Below, piece by piece: positions 13,663 through 26,884 of a stretch of DNA of 64,000 nucleotides. A model generated the notes under the pieces. The model worked only from the letters and a program-made list of their open reading frames with translations, ran no database searches and was not told where the DNA came from. The translations under genes and the position numbers were made by a program. Source of the DNA: Raillietiella orientalis (lineage: Eukaryota); assembly GCA_036172245.1 (NCBI GenBank), contig JAYWIR010000021.1:992001-1056000 (forward strand). Direction: 5' to 3'. The first letter of the stretch is position 1, and every line of letters begins with the position of its first letter.

Positions 13663-14650
13663 AGCAAAGCTGCGTAGGAACAGAGGGAACCGGAAAATTC
13701 TTTGTTCAGGCTTGACTAAATGGTGCACCTGTTCTTTGGAGTGAAGGGACGTGGGAAGCTCCAAAGCCTTCCGGTTTGATGCTTTCCTTGGAATCGCGAA
13801 GACGCATCCCACCTGCTCATCGGTTCTTTCCACTTTCGTGTGATGAAACCGAACAGGATGGAATCCTTCTCGCACTCCACTTCTGCAGCATCCGACTGAC
13901 AAACCAGACATTCGAAAGTACCACTCGGTGCGAGCGAATTTTCCTGAACTCAGAACGGTACGGGAAAGTGTGAAGGATGTGGGAACCCGGAAACCATCCA
14001 TCAAGTTCCCAATTTCCCAGCAGTGGTAACCGGATTCTACTGGAGATTCGCTGAACACGATGGACCAAACCCAGTGTCCTCTGAGTTTTCAGTGATAAGC
14101 ATTGTGTGACTCTCAAGAATAGTGAAGCAGTGAGTCCCTGCAGCAGACCTTTTTGCTGTTTACCAGTGGCCAAGGCTTTTCGAAAGCGCCTGCTGCGAAG
14201 GCCGAAAGGCAAAGGCGTGACAGCCGCTGGCCGTGCGCGTTGTCGACGGAACAAAACAGTAGCAGTCCACAGGAACCTGTTGCAGGAGGGAGCGGTAGCT
14301 GCCAACTGCTGGTTTCATGACCGATGTCGAAATCCAGATGACAGCGATGCAAGGAGAGGCTGTGCGCGTTCTGCAAGAGGTGAGAAAAGCAAGTCGCACT
14401 CCTGTCGTCTCCCAACGCTGTCAAAAACCGTTCGGATTGTGCCGTTGCGTTTGGTGGTTCGTAGCTTGGGATCTCTTCCAGTGTCGAAACCCTACGGGGG
14501 TCGGAGTCCTTCTCACCCCAAAAGCCGCGACCGCTGTGGTACTTTCAAGGCCTTCAACGTGCGTCTCTGGAGGCATTTCAAAGGACAACTATTTGCCTGA
14601 ACCTTTCGAAAAACTCAAAGACACAGAGGACGACACTGGAGAGAACATGA
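12150..14650 (+). mobile_element. Decayed R2-like non-LTR retrotransposon (RT to RLE)
   Basis: SISSVGTREEHSLYARLTAIQRVF (R2 ITISSxxxRxxHxILAxRL..QRGF), SQMSLLSFLF (QGDPLSPLLF), FAGAEAKILL (FADD-like), KCEGCGNPETIHQV at 13966-14007 (CCHC), FMTDVEI and LVVRSLGS (RLE). Confidence 0.68.
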
Positions 14651-15249
14651 GACGCGGAACGGAGCGGTGAGGTTTCTGGAAAGAGGGTCCATGCTGAAGA
14701 CTTCGAATGAAAACCAGGGGAAGGTGTTCGGACTCGACCCATCTCTTACACGTTGTTGCTGCCCATGCAGTAGATCTCTTGGAAGAAGTGCGAATCTCTG
14801 CTGAGAGGAGGAAGAGGGTCGAAGCTCCCTTGTATGCAATAACGAAACGTGAGCTCTGGAAGAGTGGACGCGCACGTCTCAGAAGTACGAGCAGACTTGA
14901 GCGGACTCATGACTGGGAACATGTGAAGAGGATGGAAACTCGCCCTGGAGCAAGACCATCTCATCGAAGGAGCAGAGTCGAGACAAGTGGACTCGGTGGT
15001 CCTGGGAGAGACCCACGAGAGCCGATCCGAAGCGGAAGCTCTCGCGCATCGCACGAGGCCGTCCTGTGTGGACCCTGAATATGCTGACCAAGTCGTGATC
15101 CAGGTCTCCATACGACCCGTTGGGAATTCTTTCGCTTCGCGTGTCCAAAGCGGTGTCGATGTGTGCGTATCGCTGCTGTAGTCGGTGTCATCCCCCCGGG
15201 CCACACCACCCACGAATAGGAAGCAAAAAACAGGAAAGCACGTTGTGAC

Positions 15250-17200
15250 TTCATCTTGGGAAGGAGTTTCAGGACAGCCATCAACCTCCATTATTAGGAG
15301 CATCCCCGTTCCGATCGTTCCATAAAGATAAACGATGCTCTCGATAATCGCCTTGTTTAGTCGCTCGCAGCAGCTCAAGGCTCACTCCCTGGTTGCCTCG
15401 GAATGGGACTTATCGCCTGTGCCTCAGAGAATCCGGAAACGTCGAAGTTCGAATGAAATATTTTTCTTATCCATTGCTTGCATCCAATGAGGACCATAAA
15501 AGATCCGATCTTTCACGCCATAAGGCCTCCACTGTAAAAGAAAATATCACACGAAAGGTTTCAGAGAGAGCCAAAGTCCACTCGAGAGGAGTCACGGAGA
15601 GGGTGATTTTCATGTTCATAGGGTGTGGAAATCACTTCGTCCTTGGAATTCAATTGATGAAAAATTACTGAAGACTCCATAAAGTGGTCACTTCGACTTC
15701 TTCGAGGCGACTTCGCTCCGGCGGTAGGAAACTCTTTCTGCCGATCGGAAGAGGAACGAAGCCACTTTCGGAGAGAGATGGACAGTCGGGTACATTCGCA
15801 TTCTCGACTCTCGAGGAACTGCAGACGAGCTTTTCAGGAAGACGCTGCCGATGCAACGAGGATCATCTCAGTGTGAAAGGTCGCTGAGCTGCACGGGAAG
15901 ATCAGGAAAGATTGAAATCAACTCATTCGGAAAAAGGAAAGAAAGAAAGGGGAGGGGGGGAAAACAGAATGTCACCCGATTACTGCTGCCTGGAGTGATC
16001 CGGGGAGGAAAAAAGTCTGGCACATTGAGAATCCCTTGTGAATGCAACATGGTCCATCATGTCGAAGAGCGAAAGAGAAGTTTCTTCCCGGTTTCTCAAG
16101 TTTTCGGAAGTTTAGCCGATTCGAGATCTCATTCGCGTCGCTAGGATACTGCATGTGAAATGTGCCCTCAGAAGCAGATATCTCAAGGTGGCATCTCATT
16201 CTACTCTAAGGCTTCTCATTCTTTGTTCCAGCATCGGTGCTTCACTATGAATTCTGCTCCAAAAAAAAAAAAAAAAGGAATCTGTGCTCCTCAAAGGGAA
16301 CGCAGACCGGGAAAACTTGCGCATCCTAAGGAGAAGAAAATTCTGGATTTTCAAAAGTATCTGCTCAAACAGTGACAGATGAACACGTTGCTTCTTCTCG
16401 AACTTTTTATCTTCAGTTCGCAGAGTCCGACTGCTGTTTCCACGCCAATCTCAGAAAACTTCTGGCTTCCTAATGGACCACTGCGAAGCAGCTGATGGGA
16501 GCAAAAGGCTGATCGCAGAACCCAAACGTTCTTCGTGCTGGTGCTTCGTGCAATCCCGGAATTTATCTAAGTGGATGCGTGTCGGTCCACCCGTTAAGAA
16601 GAACTCCAAGAAGACTTCCTGCAACTTGAACTTTATTCCAGAGCGCTATGGGAACAGATTCAATAGATTTAAAAGGCCAATCAGCCAACCCAGAAGCGAC
16701 TTCTCCAAGACATCCTGAACGGGAAAGCATAAAACAAAGGGAACCAATCTGATTGGCACCCGTCCTCCCTTTAGTGAGCCACATGAAAACCTCTTCCAGC
16801 CTTTTACATGCTTTTGGTGGTGGTGTCGTTCTTTGCACTTAGGCGAATACACAAAAACTGCATGCAGGGCGATTCCAGGATGAGTCGCGTCGATGGTCAC
16901 CCGGGCGCAGTTTCGAGAATCCACTCTGTGCACTTCTAACGGTGAGATGCATCCCCAACATGTGTCCTGAGGGCGTCTTTACTTCAGGAACACTGCCGGT
17001 GAAGGGATGTGTGAGGTGAAGAGGTTGGGAAACCGATCCTTGGTCAAGAGCTCCCAAGCATCACCTGGAAACCATTCCAAAGCTTGCCAGTAGTTATGGA
17101 AGGACCAATTATCAATGACTCCCCGAGGAGCCCTTCGATTCGCTGGATATCCTTTTCTTAGGTTCCGCAACTCCTTTTCAGAGACCAAATACGGCTTCTG
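15250..17200 (+). mobile_element. Decayed RLE-type non-LTR retrotransposon
   Basis: Frameshifted RGVT(E)GD near 15583-15606, HKVVT.. at the FADD position, LPGV (YLGV) near 15985, linker SKW...NLNFIPER and QDILNG (knuckle position) near 16570-16725. Confidence 0.5.
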
Positions 17201-17916
17201 CTGTATGTGTGTGTCCAATTATATGAGCACCTATTCATTCTTGTGATCAACAATGGATCCCGCGGAAGTGGATAAGAAGGGAGGCATCGTCAGTGTCGTC
17301 TTTTCCCCTTACCCTTATCGGAGTGTTCTCATGACGACGTCGTGGTCTCGAAGAAACAGAAGGAGCATATCGCGAAGGGAATGGACGGCCCGAGCATTCG
17401 GTGCTTCCGGGATACGAACTGGAAGTACCTCACGGATAGCCGTCCTCAATGAAGGAAATTCCCAAGAACCTTCGATTTCCTCGACACTTCACCGTTTCTT
17501 GGATGATGGGGTCCCAATGACTCCTGCGACGATCGCAGGGGTCTTGCGCCCGGTCTTGCTCAGAAGGGAGATGACCTTCCTCCTCCTAAGCGCCTCGAGT
17601 CGGCGGAGTCTCCAAACGTCATTTTTTCGATGCTTCTTTCTTAAACGTCGACCTGGACCCCTCAGGGGACGCTTGCCCCTCTGCCACCCACGTGCATTCG
17701 ATGCAACCCTTAGGCCTATTCCACTTCCCTCCGGTCTCGCTCATAAAGAGATCCCAGGAAATCCCGCTGACCTTCTGGTGGTGCCTGCAGGGTCATTTCC
17801 CTCCGCCGCCGCGTGCAGCTTCACTCTGGAGCAGTTGTGCTGCAACATGCGGACGTCGTCAACGCTCTGAAGCAGCTGCCTATGGAGAAGGGACTCCGGT
17901 GGAGTGAGCTTCTTGG

Positions 17917-18533
17917 TTTATCACCCGGTCCCTCCAGGACATCTATTATTAAAAATAAACATACACGTGTAGGACTATTGGACCTACATTGTCCGAAAAT
18001 GCTCGGAACCTGCCGAGTAACGGACACGCAGGTCGGCGAGGTTCGCCTCGGCAGCGGAGGGGGAGGGAGAAAACAAAAAATAAAAAAAAACAATATATGC
18101 AAAAATTGGGAGGGCTAGGGAAAGGATCACCGGGTGCCGGAGGGCGTCCTCTGCATCCATTCCAGGATGCCGGCAAGTTCGGAGGAGCCCCGACCACCTG
18201 TGACCGGTGACACCTATGACAGGTGGTCGGTCGGGTTGCTTGGTGTGCCCCCTCGAAGGACCCATAATTCCTTCCCCTGTGTGCGGGCATCTCCGTGTTC
18301 TTCCCACTCCGTTGGATGCACTGTTCCCGCACTGGGAGGATCCCGGTGCAACCGGCGCAGGCGCCTGGTTTTCGGGGGAGTTTCCTCCCTGGACTGTTCC
18401 AGGAGCGATTCCATCGCCCCTCACCTCCTGTTGGACTGCAGCTCCCTCGAGGACCTGTGGCTCTCCACCACCCCGAGGAGCCCGCCTCCGCTTCGGACTT
18501 GCTGTGGCGCTTCTTCACAGAAGGCAGGCTGAA
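17917..18533 (-). mobile_element. 3' part of a hairpin-terminated RLE element (linker, C-terminus, 3' UTR); host of the nested insertion at 18549-19973
   Basis: RWNRSWNSPGRKLP...GILPVREQ linker is homologous at DNA level to 50640-50900. The 3' UTR (18030-18130) is homologous in reverse to 37817-37930. Terminal motif at 17922-17950. Confidence 0.6.
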
Positions 18534-18548
18534 GACGGGCGCCGTGAT

Positions 18549-19973
18549 TTGACACCCGGGTGCGCCGGGGTGTTTATCACTCTTACAGGGATCGATGGAT
18601 CCAAAAGGCTCACCGATTCCAATTATTACACTAAAAAGACAAAGGGGGAGGCCGACGAAGTCCAACGCGTCCACAAAGGGAAGGATGGATGATACAAACA
18701 TTGAAAACAAAGGAAACAAACTATAACAAATATTAAAAACTAACAAAAAAAAAATTAGTTGGTGGGAAGGGAAGGGATCACATTTCGTGGTGGGTGAGGC
18801 CTCTGCATCCGTTGAAGGATGCCGACGAACTCCCCCTTCTTTCCTTCCAGGTGCGCCTATCCACAGGAAGCGGATGGCATGCAGGACAGCCCCCCCCGTT
18901 GCTCTGGTCTTTCCCTCGGCGTCGCACTTCGCCGCGACGACACCGCGCACGCAGCACAGCGCTGCGATTGCGGCTGCGGGCGTCACGGTGACCCGCACGA
19001 AGAGGGGCCTCGAAGAGTCTCTGGGATCGTCCACGGGGTGCGAAAGAGGCACGGAAAAACGTTCCCACAAGCTTCAGAGGATGATGCACTGCCTTAATAG
19101 GTGGGGGAAGGTCTCTTTCTCTCCACACCTGGCACAGTTCGGCGATGCGCTTCCCCTCGTCCAGTGGTGCCGGCGCGCATTGCACGGGAGACCCCAGTGC
19201 AGCACCAGCAGCGCCAATTTCTGCCACCTGAGGGGAAGCAGCTTACTGTCCATAAACACGGAAAGTACTTCCAATTCTTCGGGCCGAATGGAGAAGAGTT
19301 CGCCCCAACGTTCCAGTCCTTTGGAGACGGTTCTTGCTGTTGCCGCATCAGTCAGCTGACGTGGAGTCCAGCCACCGATAGGCTTCCTGCGGGCCGAGAT
19401 CTCTCAGGAAACCTCCCATTTCGCCGGTACGCAGGTGCCATGTACCTCGATAGCGGAGGACACCGCTGCGGCGGAGGGGGTGGCTGCTGATCAGCTCAGT
19501 ACCCACCGCTTCCAGTGTTCTTCCGCTGTTCTTCTGAAACTCTCGGCAGCAGACGGGAGGTAACTTCTGACGGGGCCTGGGTGAACTGGGTCCACGTCCT
19601 CACTTCATCCTTCCGCCAGACCGGAGTGTTAGCAGGGCGGCAGCAAATTCACGTGTTCGCTCCCACCAGGGCAGCGACACACCGAAGGGAAAAGCCTCAG
19701 GATGGGAGCCGGCGGTGGTGACACGCAAACAGGGTTGCGAGTCCTTCGCCGCCGACCGCCAGCCGGGAGAGCAAACGTGCAGGGGCGCACCAATGGGTGG
19801 CCCACGAAGGTCAGTCTTCGGGAGTTCAACTGAACTTCCATGCGTTCAACGTCAGGAGTCTAAGCCCTACGTGGAGACGAGGAGCGCACAAGTCTTTTAA
19901 TCGGACTCGGGATCTCCCATTGCCCCAGAGGAATTAGTGAAGGAGGATCTTCGTCATTTTCATCACACTGGGG
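18549..19973 (-). mobile_element. 5'-truncated NeSL/Utopia-like RLE retrotransposon with a 15-bp TSD
   Basis: Intact CCHC knuckle CARCGEKETFPHLLRQC (19086-19136) preceded by LPCNARRHHW. AT-rich 3' UTR ending in GATAAAC plus hairpin (18551-18578). Perfect flanking direct repeat GACGGGCGCCGTGAT at 18534-18548 and 19974-19988. Confidence 0.85.
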
Positions 19974-19999
19974 GACGGGCGCCGTGATCGCAACGTGTT

Positions 20000-20345
20000 G
20001 CAACCGCTCCGTCGTCACAGCCCACCATGTGTTGGGATCAAGTTGGCGAAGAGAGGCCACCAGTAAGGCAGAAGCCCTCGTGAGAGCGGCAGCAAGGTGG
20101 CGTCATCGGTCAGAAGTCGCCAGCGAGATCGCCACCGTCCAGAGCCGCTTCTAGGAAGGAAGGAACGTCTCAAACCAAAGATTCCTGTTCCCACCCTCCA
20201 TTCCCTACTTTTTGGAAGCTGGCCTGCATGCCGGTGGAACTTCTTTTTTTTTGCTATTTCTTGTTTTTGAGGAGACTCACCTTCCCCTCCAGCTGGTCGT
20301 TTGCTTTGTTTTTTCAAAGTAAACGTCCCGGCGTAAGCGGGTGCG
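20000..20345 (+). mobile_element. Short 5'-truncated copy (C-terminus and 3' UTR) of the hairpin-terminated family
   Basis: Pyrimidine-rich UTR similar to the other copies; ends AGTAAAC-GTCCCGGCGTAAGCGGGTG (20318-20343). Confidence 0.5.
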
Positions 20346-20599
20346 AACCTACGGAGAAGTCGTTGACCTCGTCTTGTAGGTTGGATTCGGCTGGTCTCTG
20401 ATTTATATGCGCATACACGTGTTCGTCCGCTGTCCAGGTCTGAAATTGACTTCAGGCCGACTTGACTTGTGGTTTCCAAGTTACCACGGTTAAAATCTGG
20501 TTTTCTTTGATCGCGCAGAGGGGCAACAGACAATCAAAATTTTTCATTTTTATTAAAGCGCTTGTGTGTGCGCGTGTCCCTCTTCCCCCCCCCTTTCCC

Positions 20600-22750
20600 A
20601 TCAGAGGGATTATCTGTTTTTGGTTTATAGAGGTTCCTCGTTTCCTCCTCATTTCCGATCGAAAAAACGGGAAGGATTTTTGCAGGATTCACAAGTAAAT
20701 AGGGATGGTCTTTGGACGCCGCAGCAGCTGCTCGAAATGTGGGGACTCCACGGTAAGCCTGAAATCGTGGGTCAGCGGAAGCAAAACCGAGGCCTTCGTT
20801 CCTGACGCAGCAGACATCCTCCGAGGTTTCTCAGCAATCCGAGCAAGACGGTTTCTGGAGGCCACCTGATGCTTCGAGCAGGTAGTAGGTGGCGCCAAAG
20901 CAGGCAAATGCCCTGAAGGGAACCCGCGGACGTGTCTTCGAAAGCGGAGGAGCTCATGTGAAGCACGGTTCCACTCCCCACTGGACTCACCAGGGGCAGC
21001 ACGCAGGCCGTTGCGATCCGTCGGGCATCCGCTGACCTATTCGTGTACCGTGAGTTCATTCCATTTATTCTCCCGTCCCTTCATCCTGGTAACACTCAAA
21101 GGTAAACTCGCGGTGTTCCGCTGGCGACCGGATGGCTCGGATGGTGGTGGCTTACTAATCCTGTAGGGGAAGGTCGCCTGGACCCGTCACATGGCCCTCC
21201 ACGTTCCTCGTGCTGCTTGTGACGTGTCCAAAGCCCTGCAGCGCAAGGTCCGAAAGCAGGGAAGGACAACTCTCTCCACGAAAGCGCGAGTCAGGATGAA
21301 GCGCGTTCCAAGGAAGCGAAACAGAAATCGCTTATCCGCCTTCCGGCTACAGTCAAAGTGACGGCTGGACCATTTTCCTGACGAAGCGCTGGTGCTTCCC
21401 CCAGGACTCTTGCAGCCGGAGGAGCAGAATCAGATGATTGATCGACGCCTAATCTGTCAGCTTCCCTCCGAAGAACGTTGCGATTGCAAGCACAGCAAAG
21501 AATCCTCCTCTCTGTACATGTTGCTGCGCCCCCGCTACAGCTCTAACCAAAATTTGATCTCACCGGCTTTCTATCCGGTGGCCAGCACGCCAAACAGAAA
21601 ACAGGATGGGAAAATCGTTCCATGATCTGCACTATTATGCTCAGCCATACAGTCCATCACTGTTTAAATTTTCCGGAGGAAAGAGGAAGAAAGAAAAAAA
21701 AAAAAAAAAAGGAGGGGGAAAGGGGGAACTGCAGGAGTTACGAGCGTGGTTTTTTTTTGAAGGAAAAAACAGTGAGGTTCCCCACAGGGGAAGTTGCGTC
21801 GGAGATCCCAAAGTGCGAGCAGCGGAGTTGTCTCAAGCAGCGACCTATGCCTTCGAGACTAAGATCTGTCAAGGCCTGGAAGACGAACAGTATTGAGCAA
21901 GGCAACAACACGCTACCCAGGAACTGAATGTGCACCTCGATGAACCTCGAGGCTCGATTTGGGTGCGGTGCTCTCGGTATGCTTGCGTTGCTGGCAGCTG
22001 GCATTCAAGGCGGCGGACGATGTAAGGGCACAAATGATAAGGATAAGGAAAATTTCCTCCGCGGAATTCGGATGGCAACACTGGCTTCTAATCATTAGAG
22101 ACAATGCCTCTATTGCATGAACGGCAATCTGGATGCTAAGCGGGAACAGAAGTAGCTGAAGGAATAGAGAATGGAAGCCAGTGGTCCACAAGGTAGGCCT
22201 GAAGATAAGCCAGCTTGCAAAAGCATTAGAGGCGCCACCTAGAAAGACATGCATCTATTCAGGAAGAAGACCAAGGCTCCTGGAAAAGACGTGTTCCTCT
22301 GTGCATTGTGATGGCAGCGACGAACGGATAAAACCAGAGAGGAGGCACGCAAGAAAGATGCAGGAATATTACGATGCAGGGAAAATCGCAGCATCCTGAA
22401 CAATTAGTACTATTCACGTCAGCTGAGAGGAAGAGACTCCCAAGGGAGGGGGATGGGAGATCCCGATTTGGAAGCTGGATTAATAGAGGATGCTCACTGC
22501 CTTCCACATCCTTGGGTACGGCAAAATCCCTGCCGCTGCTTTCCTAGAGGAAGGAGCCATTGAGTCCTCACTCTTGGTGAGCTTTCCAGTGGGACTCCTG
22601 CATCAAGGCCGAAGCCGGAAACTTCAGGGATCGAGAACACCCCTATTTTCGACGGGAGGCGGCATTTTTCGGGTTCCCTCCACAGCCACATTCCACCCAC
22701 ATCCATCCGAGGTGGCAGTCTGAAATTTCGTGCGGATACCAAGAGCGAGC
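20600..22750 (+). mobile_element. Decayed R2-like non-LTR retrotransposon
   Basis: DPSG.R.PI near 21015, AACDVSKAL at 21212-21238 (LDVSKAFD), QMIDRRLICQLPSE, and linker/knuckle-like PPRKTCIYSGRR...CSSVHC near 22235-22310. Confidence 0.58.
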
Positions 22751-23449
22751 TGCGGCCTGCAGGTTTCACCAGAACTTTCCAGTCAAAGGAAGACTTGTTA
22801 CTTAGAGATAGTAAGGATTCCGAGTCCACACCCCCAGAAGAGTGCTTTTGGCGTGGAACCCATCGTAGCAGGAAGAAATAACAATAAATAGGGAACATGC
22901 GCCAAGTTTATTGCTTTACTTAACAAATGCTACAAATAAGGTGGGCAACTTCTCTTGTTTATGGAGAGTGTCGAGGTCGCCAGATCCCCTCGATGACAGC
23001 TAATGCTGCTTTATGTCGTAAAGCTCGCCGAGTTTTTAATGCTTCGCGGCACGTCATCATCATTGACCGGCTTCGTGTGACGTGTTTTACATCGAAAACA
23101 ATTCTCGTGACTGAAAGGCTGGTGGTAATCGCGCTTCCCGGAGGATCAAGTGTTCCAGGAATAGTAATCGGACTCTTCGTGTGATTGTTTTCCGACACTT
23201 CCGTGCCTCCGTCCTCTCGAAGGCTTCGTCGAATCGCTTCTGTCTAGATGGCTGGACCAGCGGGCTCTTGAATTCGAAATGAACCGGATTGCAGCTGCAC
23301 GCCGAAATCCCGCAAACCCGCTCAACCAAGAAATTGCACTCCCAGTTTCCCACTCAGTGCAAGGCACTCATCATTTCGGGATGAACTGCCCCGAACCGTG
23401 ATTCCCGAATGGTTCCCGTATCCAGGGTATTGTATCAGTCGGCGTCTTC

Positions 23450-25050
23450 CGGATCCGCCATCGGTTGGAGCCCACGTCTGCGAAGGTTCCCTCCGAGTAA
23501 CACTTGGAAAGTCCAGAGGAAGTTGCTGCTCGGCTCATTTTTTTTTCTTTTCAAAAAAAAAAAAAAAAAACTTCTTTCCCAAGTAAACGATCCCTTTTTT
23601 CTGCGTGTGTGCTTTTTGTACCTAAGCACTCTTTTTATCTATGCCAAAGACATCCGCGACCCGCGAGCCAATACCAAGATGATCAGCCGTACCGCGTGAA
23701 GAATGCTTTTTCACCCCTTTCCCGGAAGCAGAGGAGTCCCTCTCACCAGCGTCGGCCTACGGAGCACGCAGTCGGTTGAATGTTAGGGGGGATCTTTTGT
23801 TTGCCGGATTTCGTTTCTTTAAAAGCAAATGGAAACCTTTTGTTTGGAGCTGTTGAAGCAATGGTAATTGTGGGTTTCCGGTAGAGTACATCTTCCTTAT
23901 GTCTTCCTGAGTGTTCCAAATCTGATTTCCCACTGTAGCACTCATTCTGTACATAGCAACGGGAACTCTGGAACGTGATGAACGTGTTTGGTAAGCAGAA
24001 ACGAACGGTCGCCAAATAATCTTGGGGACCTTTCGTACACTTCGCAGGAGCTTCCGAAACAAAAGAATATTTATGGGTTCGTTCCAAGATGGAAGGTGAT
24101 GAAACGGACTGAAACTTGATTCCGCAGACACCGAGCGCACAAACGGACGCGAGTAATGGGAACAGACGCGATGATGCGATAAGTGATAAGGAAACTCTCA
24201 TTTCCTTATCTCCGTCTGTTGGTCAATGAGACTGCCTGTGGACGACACGAAACACGAGAATTGAGGACATGCAAACTCAATCATTGTACTCGAGGACCGG
24301 GGTCTCGACAAGCGCACGAGGTTCCGTGGTTTCGGTTTCCAATACGTGTTGGTGTCTCGAAAAAGAAAACCCACAGCTTCCCCTCGGAACAGGACTCGGG
24401 CGAGCGCACGAGGATGGGCGCGGAGGAGGGAAAAGGCTTCTGGCAGCACAAGGCGGGTCGGCGGACATCTTCCAAGGAAGCGACGGGGTCACCACCTCCC
24501 GAGGCTGAAGCGCAGCAGCTCGAGTCGTGTCACGCACGTCAGCACGGGGCTGCGACACGGCGGAAAGTTCCGCGTGGAAGGCGAGGAACGCCGCGTGCAC
24601 TGTGCTGATGGCCGATGGGCAGGCAGAAGAAACTTTGTCTCGGGTCAACTGCAAGCGCGCGGAACGCACGCAGTTCGAGCCAGGGAAGAAGACCTTCTTC
24701 CGCTACCGGACTTCCGCCGCGCAGCGAGCGTGCACGGAGCGGACGGCGACACCATCGGGGCGCGGGCATCCCTCCTCGTCGAAAAGGCGACAGGCTGTGC
24801 CGGCAGAAATGGATGAGTCTTTCCGGGCGTCCCTTTGCAGTTCACGGCGTTCGCAGACGCTGGCGCCTTCTATCCTTTGTTTTTTCGGGTGTGCTTTTCA
24901 TCGGAAGCGGGGCGAGCAGCCGATCAGAAGTCGCCTGGCTCATCATCATTCGGGGCGAAGCAGTCTCCAAGACACGTGGGATGGCACTTTGCACGGAGTT
25001 GTGGCTCCTGTGGCGATCTGCTGGCTTTTCAGTGCTCCTTTGGTTCTCCC
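23450..25050 (+). mobile_element. Decayed RLE-type non-LTR retrotransposon
   Basis: PLSRKQRS...TEH (QRGF..GCxEH), CGFPVEYI, FPYLRL (FxYLG), LCSSRRSQTLAPSIL (knuckle position). Confidence 0.5.
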
Positions 25051-25499
25051 CCCCCCCCCTCCCGGAGTGAAAAACAAAAACGGGCGCATTGGGTAATTTC
25101 CTTCCCCCTCCCTCCTCTCCTCTTCCGCTGCACGTAATCGAAACTGAGAAGCAGGGGCAGATAAATGCCGGGGTTGGAGAAGCTGACGAGCGGGAGGAGA
25201 GGACAGCTCTGGTCGCGGCCTTATGGTGAGGGAGTCCCTCCAGAGAGTGAGGGATCGTGGCGATGAGTGGAGCGGAATCAACCGGGTCCAAGCAGAGGAA
25301 TCGGAAGGAAGAGGGGGGGGGGGGGAGATCCCAGCGTCGCCCGAAGGTGCAACGGATCAGGTGAATGGACATTCCCATTCCATCCTAGGAGAGAGTCGCT
25401 GAGACGGCACGGAAGAAAACGTCACCGGAAAAAAAAAAAACGGTTGACGGTTCCTTCGGAAATTCGAGATTTGCACCGTCCTTCCTCGAGAAGGTGAGG

Positions 25500-26271
25500 T
25501 CGTCCCTTTCCTCGAGAAGCTCCTGCCTGCCTCTCAACTGCAACGCGTCGGAGGCTGTGCATGAGTGGACGTGGGACTCTCGGGCTAGCCCAGGACTGCT
25601 CCTTCCCTCCCATTCAACGCCTTGGGACAGCACACCTGCAGTTGGAGACCGCAAGGAGTTTCCGACTCCGGTGCTTCTGGACGGGGCGGGACGCGTCCCT
25701 GGACTGCACAAGATCGGGGGTCATTCAGTCGTCCCCGCACCTGCTTCGGGACTGCGAGTTTCTCCGCAGTGGATGGGAAAGAGCGTCAGCATCCCTCTCG
25801 TACCCGGGGGACTACTTCTCCGCAGCTTCCGAGGCGGTTCCTTACGCCGCCAGGACTCCCGGCCGCCAGGTTGTTGGCGACGACGTGCAGCAGCCGCCAA
25901 TCGCCACGCAGTAGACAGGACGATCGTTTGCTTCATCCCATCCACGGCGAGGGGAGGGGGAGTAGGAAAATGGGCTCCTGAAACCAAAGAGGATGCCTCC
26001 TGGATTTGCGGGAAGGCTATAAGAAAGGACAGAAACCAGGCAACCCTCCTTCCCCTTCTTCCTCGATTCCGGAGGCGACAAACGCTTGCTCCCAGTGCTC
26101 TCCCATATCGTGTGTATGTACGTATGTATTTATTCCCCCACGGTTCTCTTGACCTCTCCTTACTGAGCGCGTTTTTTCTCTTCCCTACCGACTTGGGTGT
26201 GGACGTCCTCAGGCTCGTGCCTCCAGGGGCACGTGGCTTTACGTTCATTTACTCTGAATAAACGTCCCGGC
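25500..26271 (+). mobile_element. 3' portion of an RLE element ending in the conserved terminal motif
   Basis: DCTRSGVIQSSPHLLRDCEFL (degenerate CCHC), GGVGKWAPE (RLE tail GxxGxWxP). Terminus AATAAAC-GTCCCGGC at 26257-26271. Confidence 0.6.
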
Positions 26272-26884
26272 ATGACTGCATTTAAGCAAAACAGGGATTT
26301 TCTGGCTTCCTGATGAGTGCTCGACACACCCCACAACAAGAACAACCCTCAATGTTTCTTCCAAGGGACCCCGAACTCTCTCGAGGTTCCTTGCTTTCCT
26401 AGTTCAAGCTGACTGGGCTCCCCCTCGGCTGACAGCCTGAAATGGACAGCCCGGAAGGCATGATCCCGAAAGAGAGGATCACTTCGGCTTGTGTATGCGC
26501 GGCACCTCCAGGAAGAGGACGCGTCCGCTGGAAAGTTAGCTGAGACCTATTCCATCATTGTCGGGACTGCTCTCCCTTCTCGGCTTGCCTCGATCCCTCA
26601 GCTTCACAGAATGGGATGCCAAGGGGGCACACATCACCGCCGAGCAAGGTCCACGTGAGAAGATCGCGTAGTAGAGTCTCAAGCTGGAAGCAGCACGCTG
26701 CGCCCATCGCGTCTGTCTTCTTGGCGGGAGAGGCGCGGATGAGCTGAGTGCCGTGTGCCGCACACGGCCTTCCACCTTCCACCGACCTTCCGTGCTCCGC
26801 GCTACATCACAAGGCCTCCCTGCTGATATCAGCCACATGGCCGCCCGTGTGGCTACGGTCTCCGCGCGTGGCATAGAGCGTTGA

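Noticed and set aside
26310..26345. Hammerhead-like CTGATGAG (also CTGAAGAG on the minus strand of the structured repeat)
   Set aside because: No stem II followed by GAAA and no closing helices.
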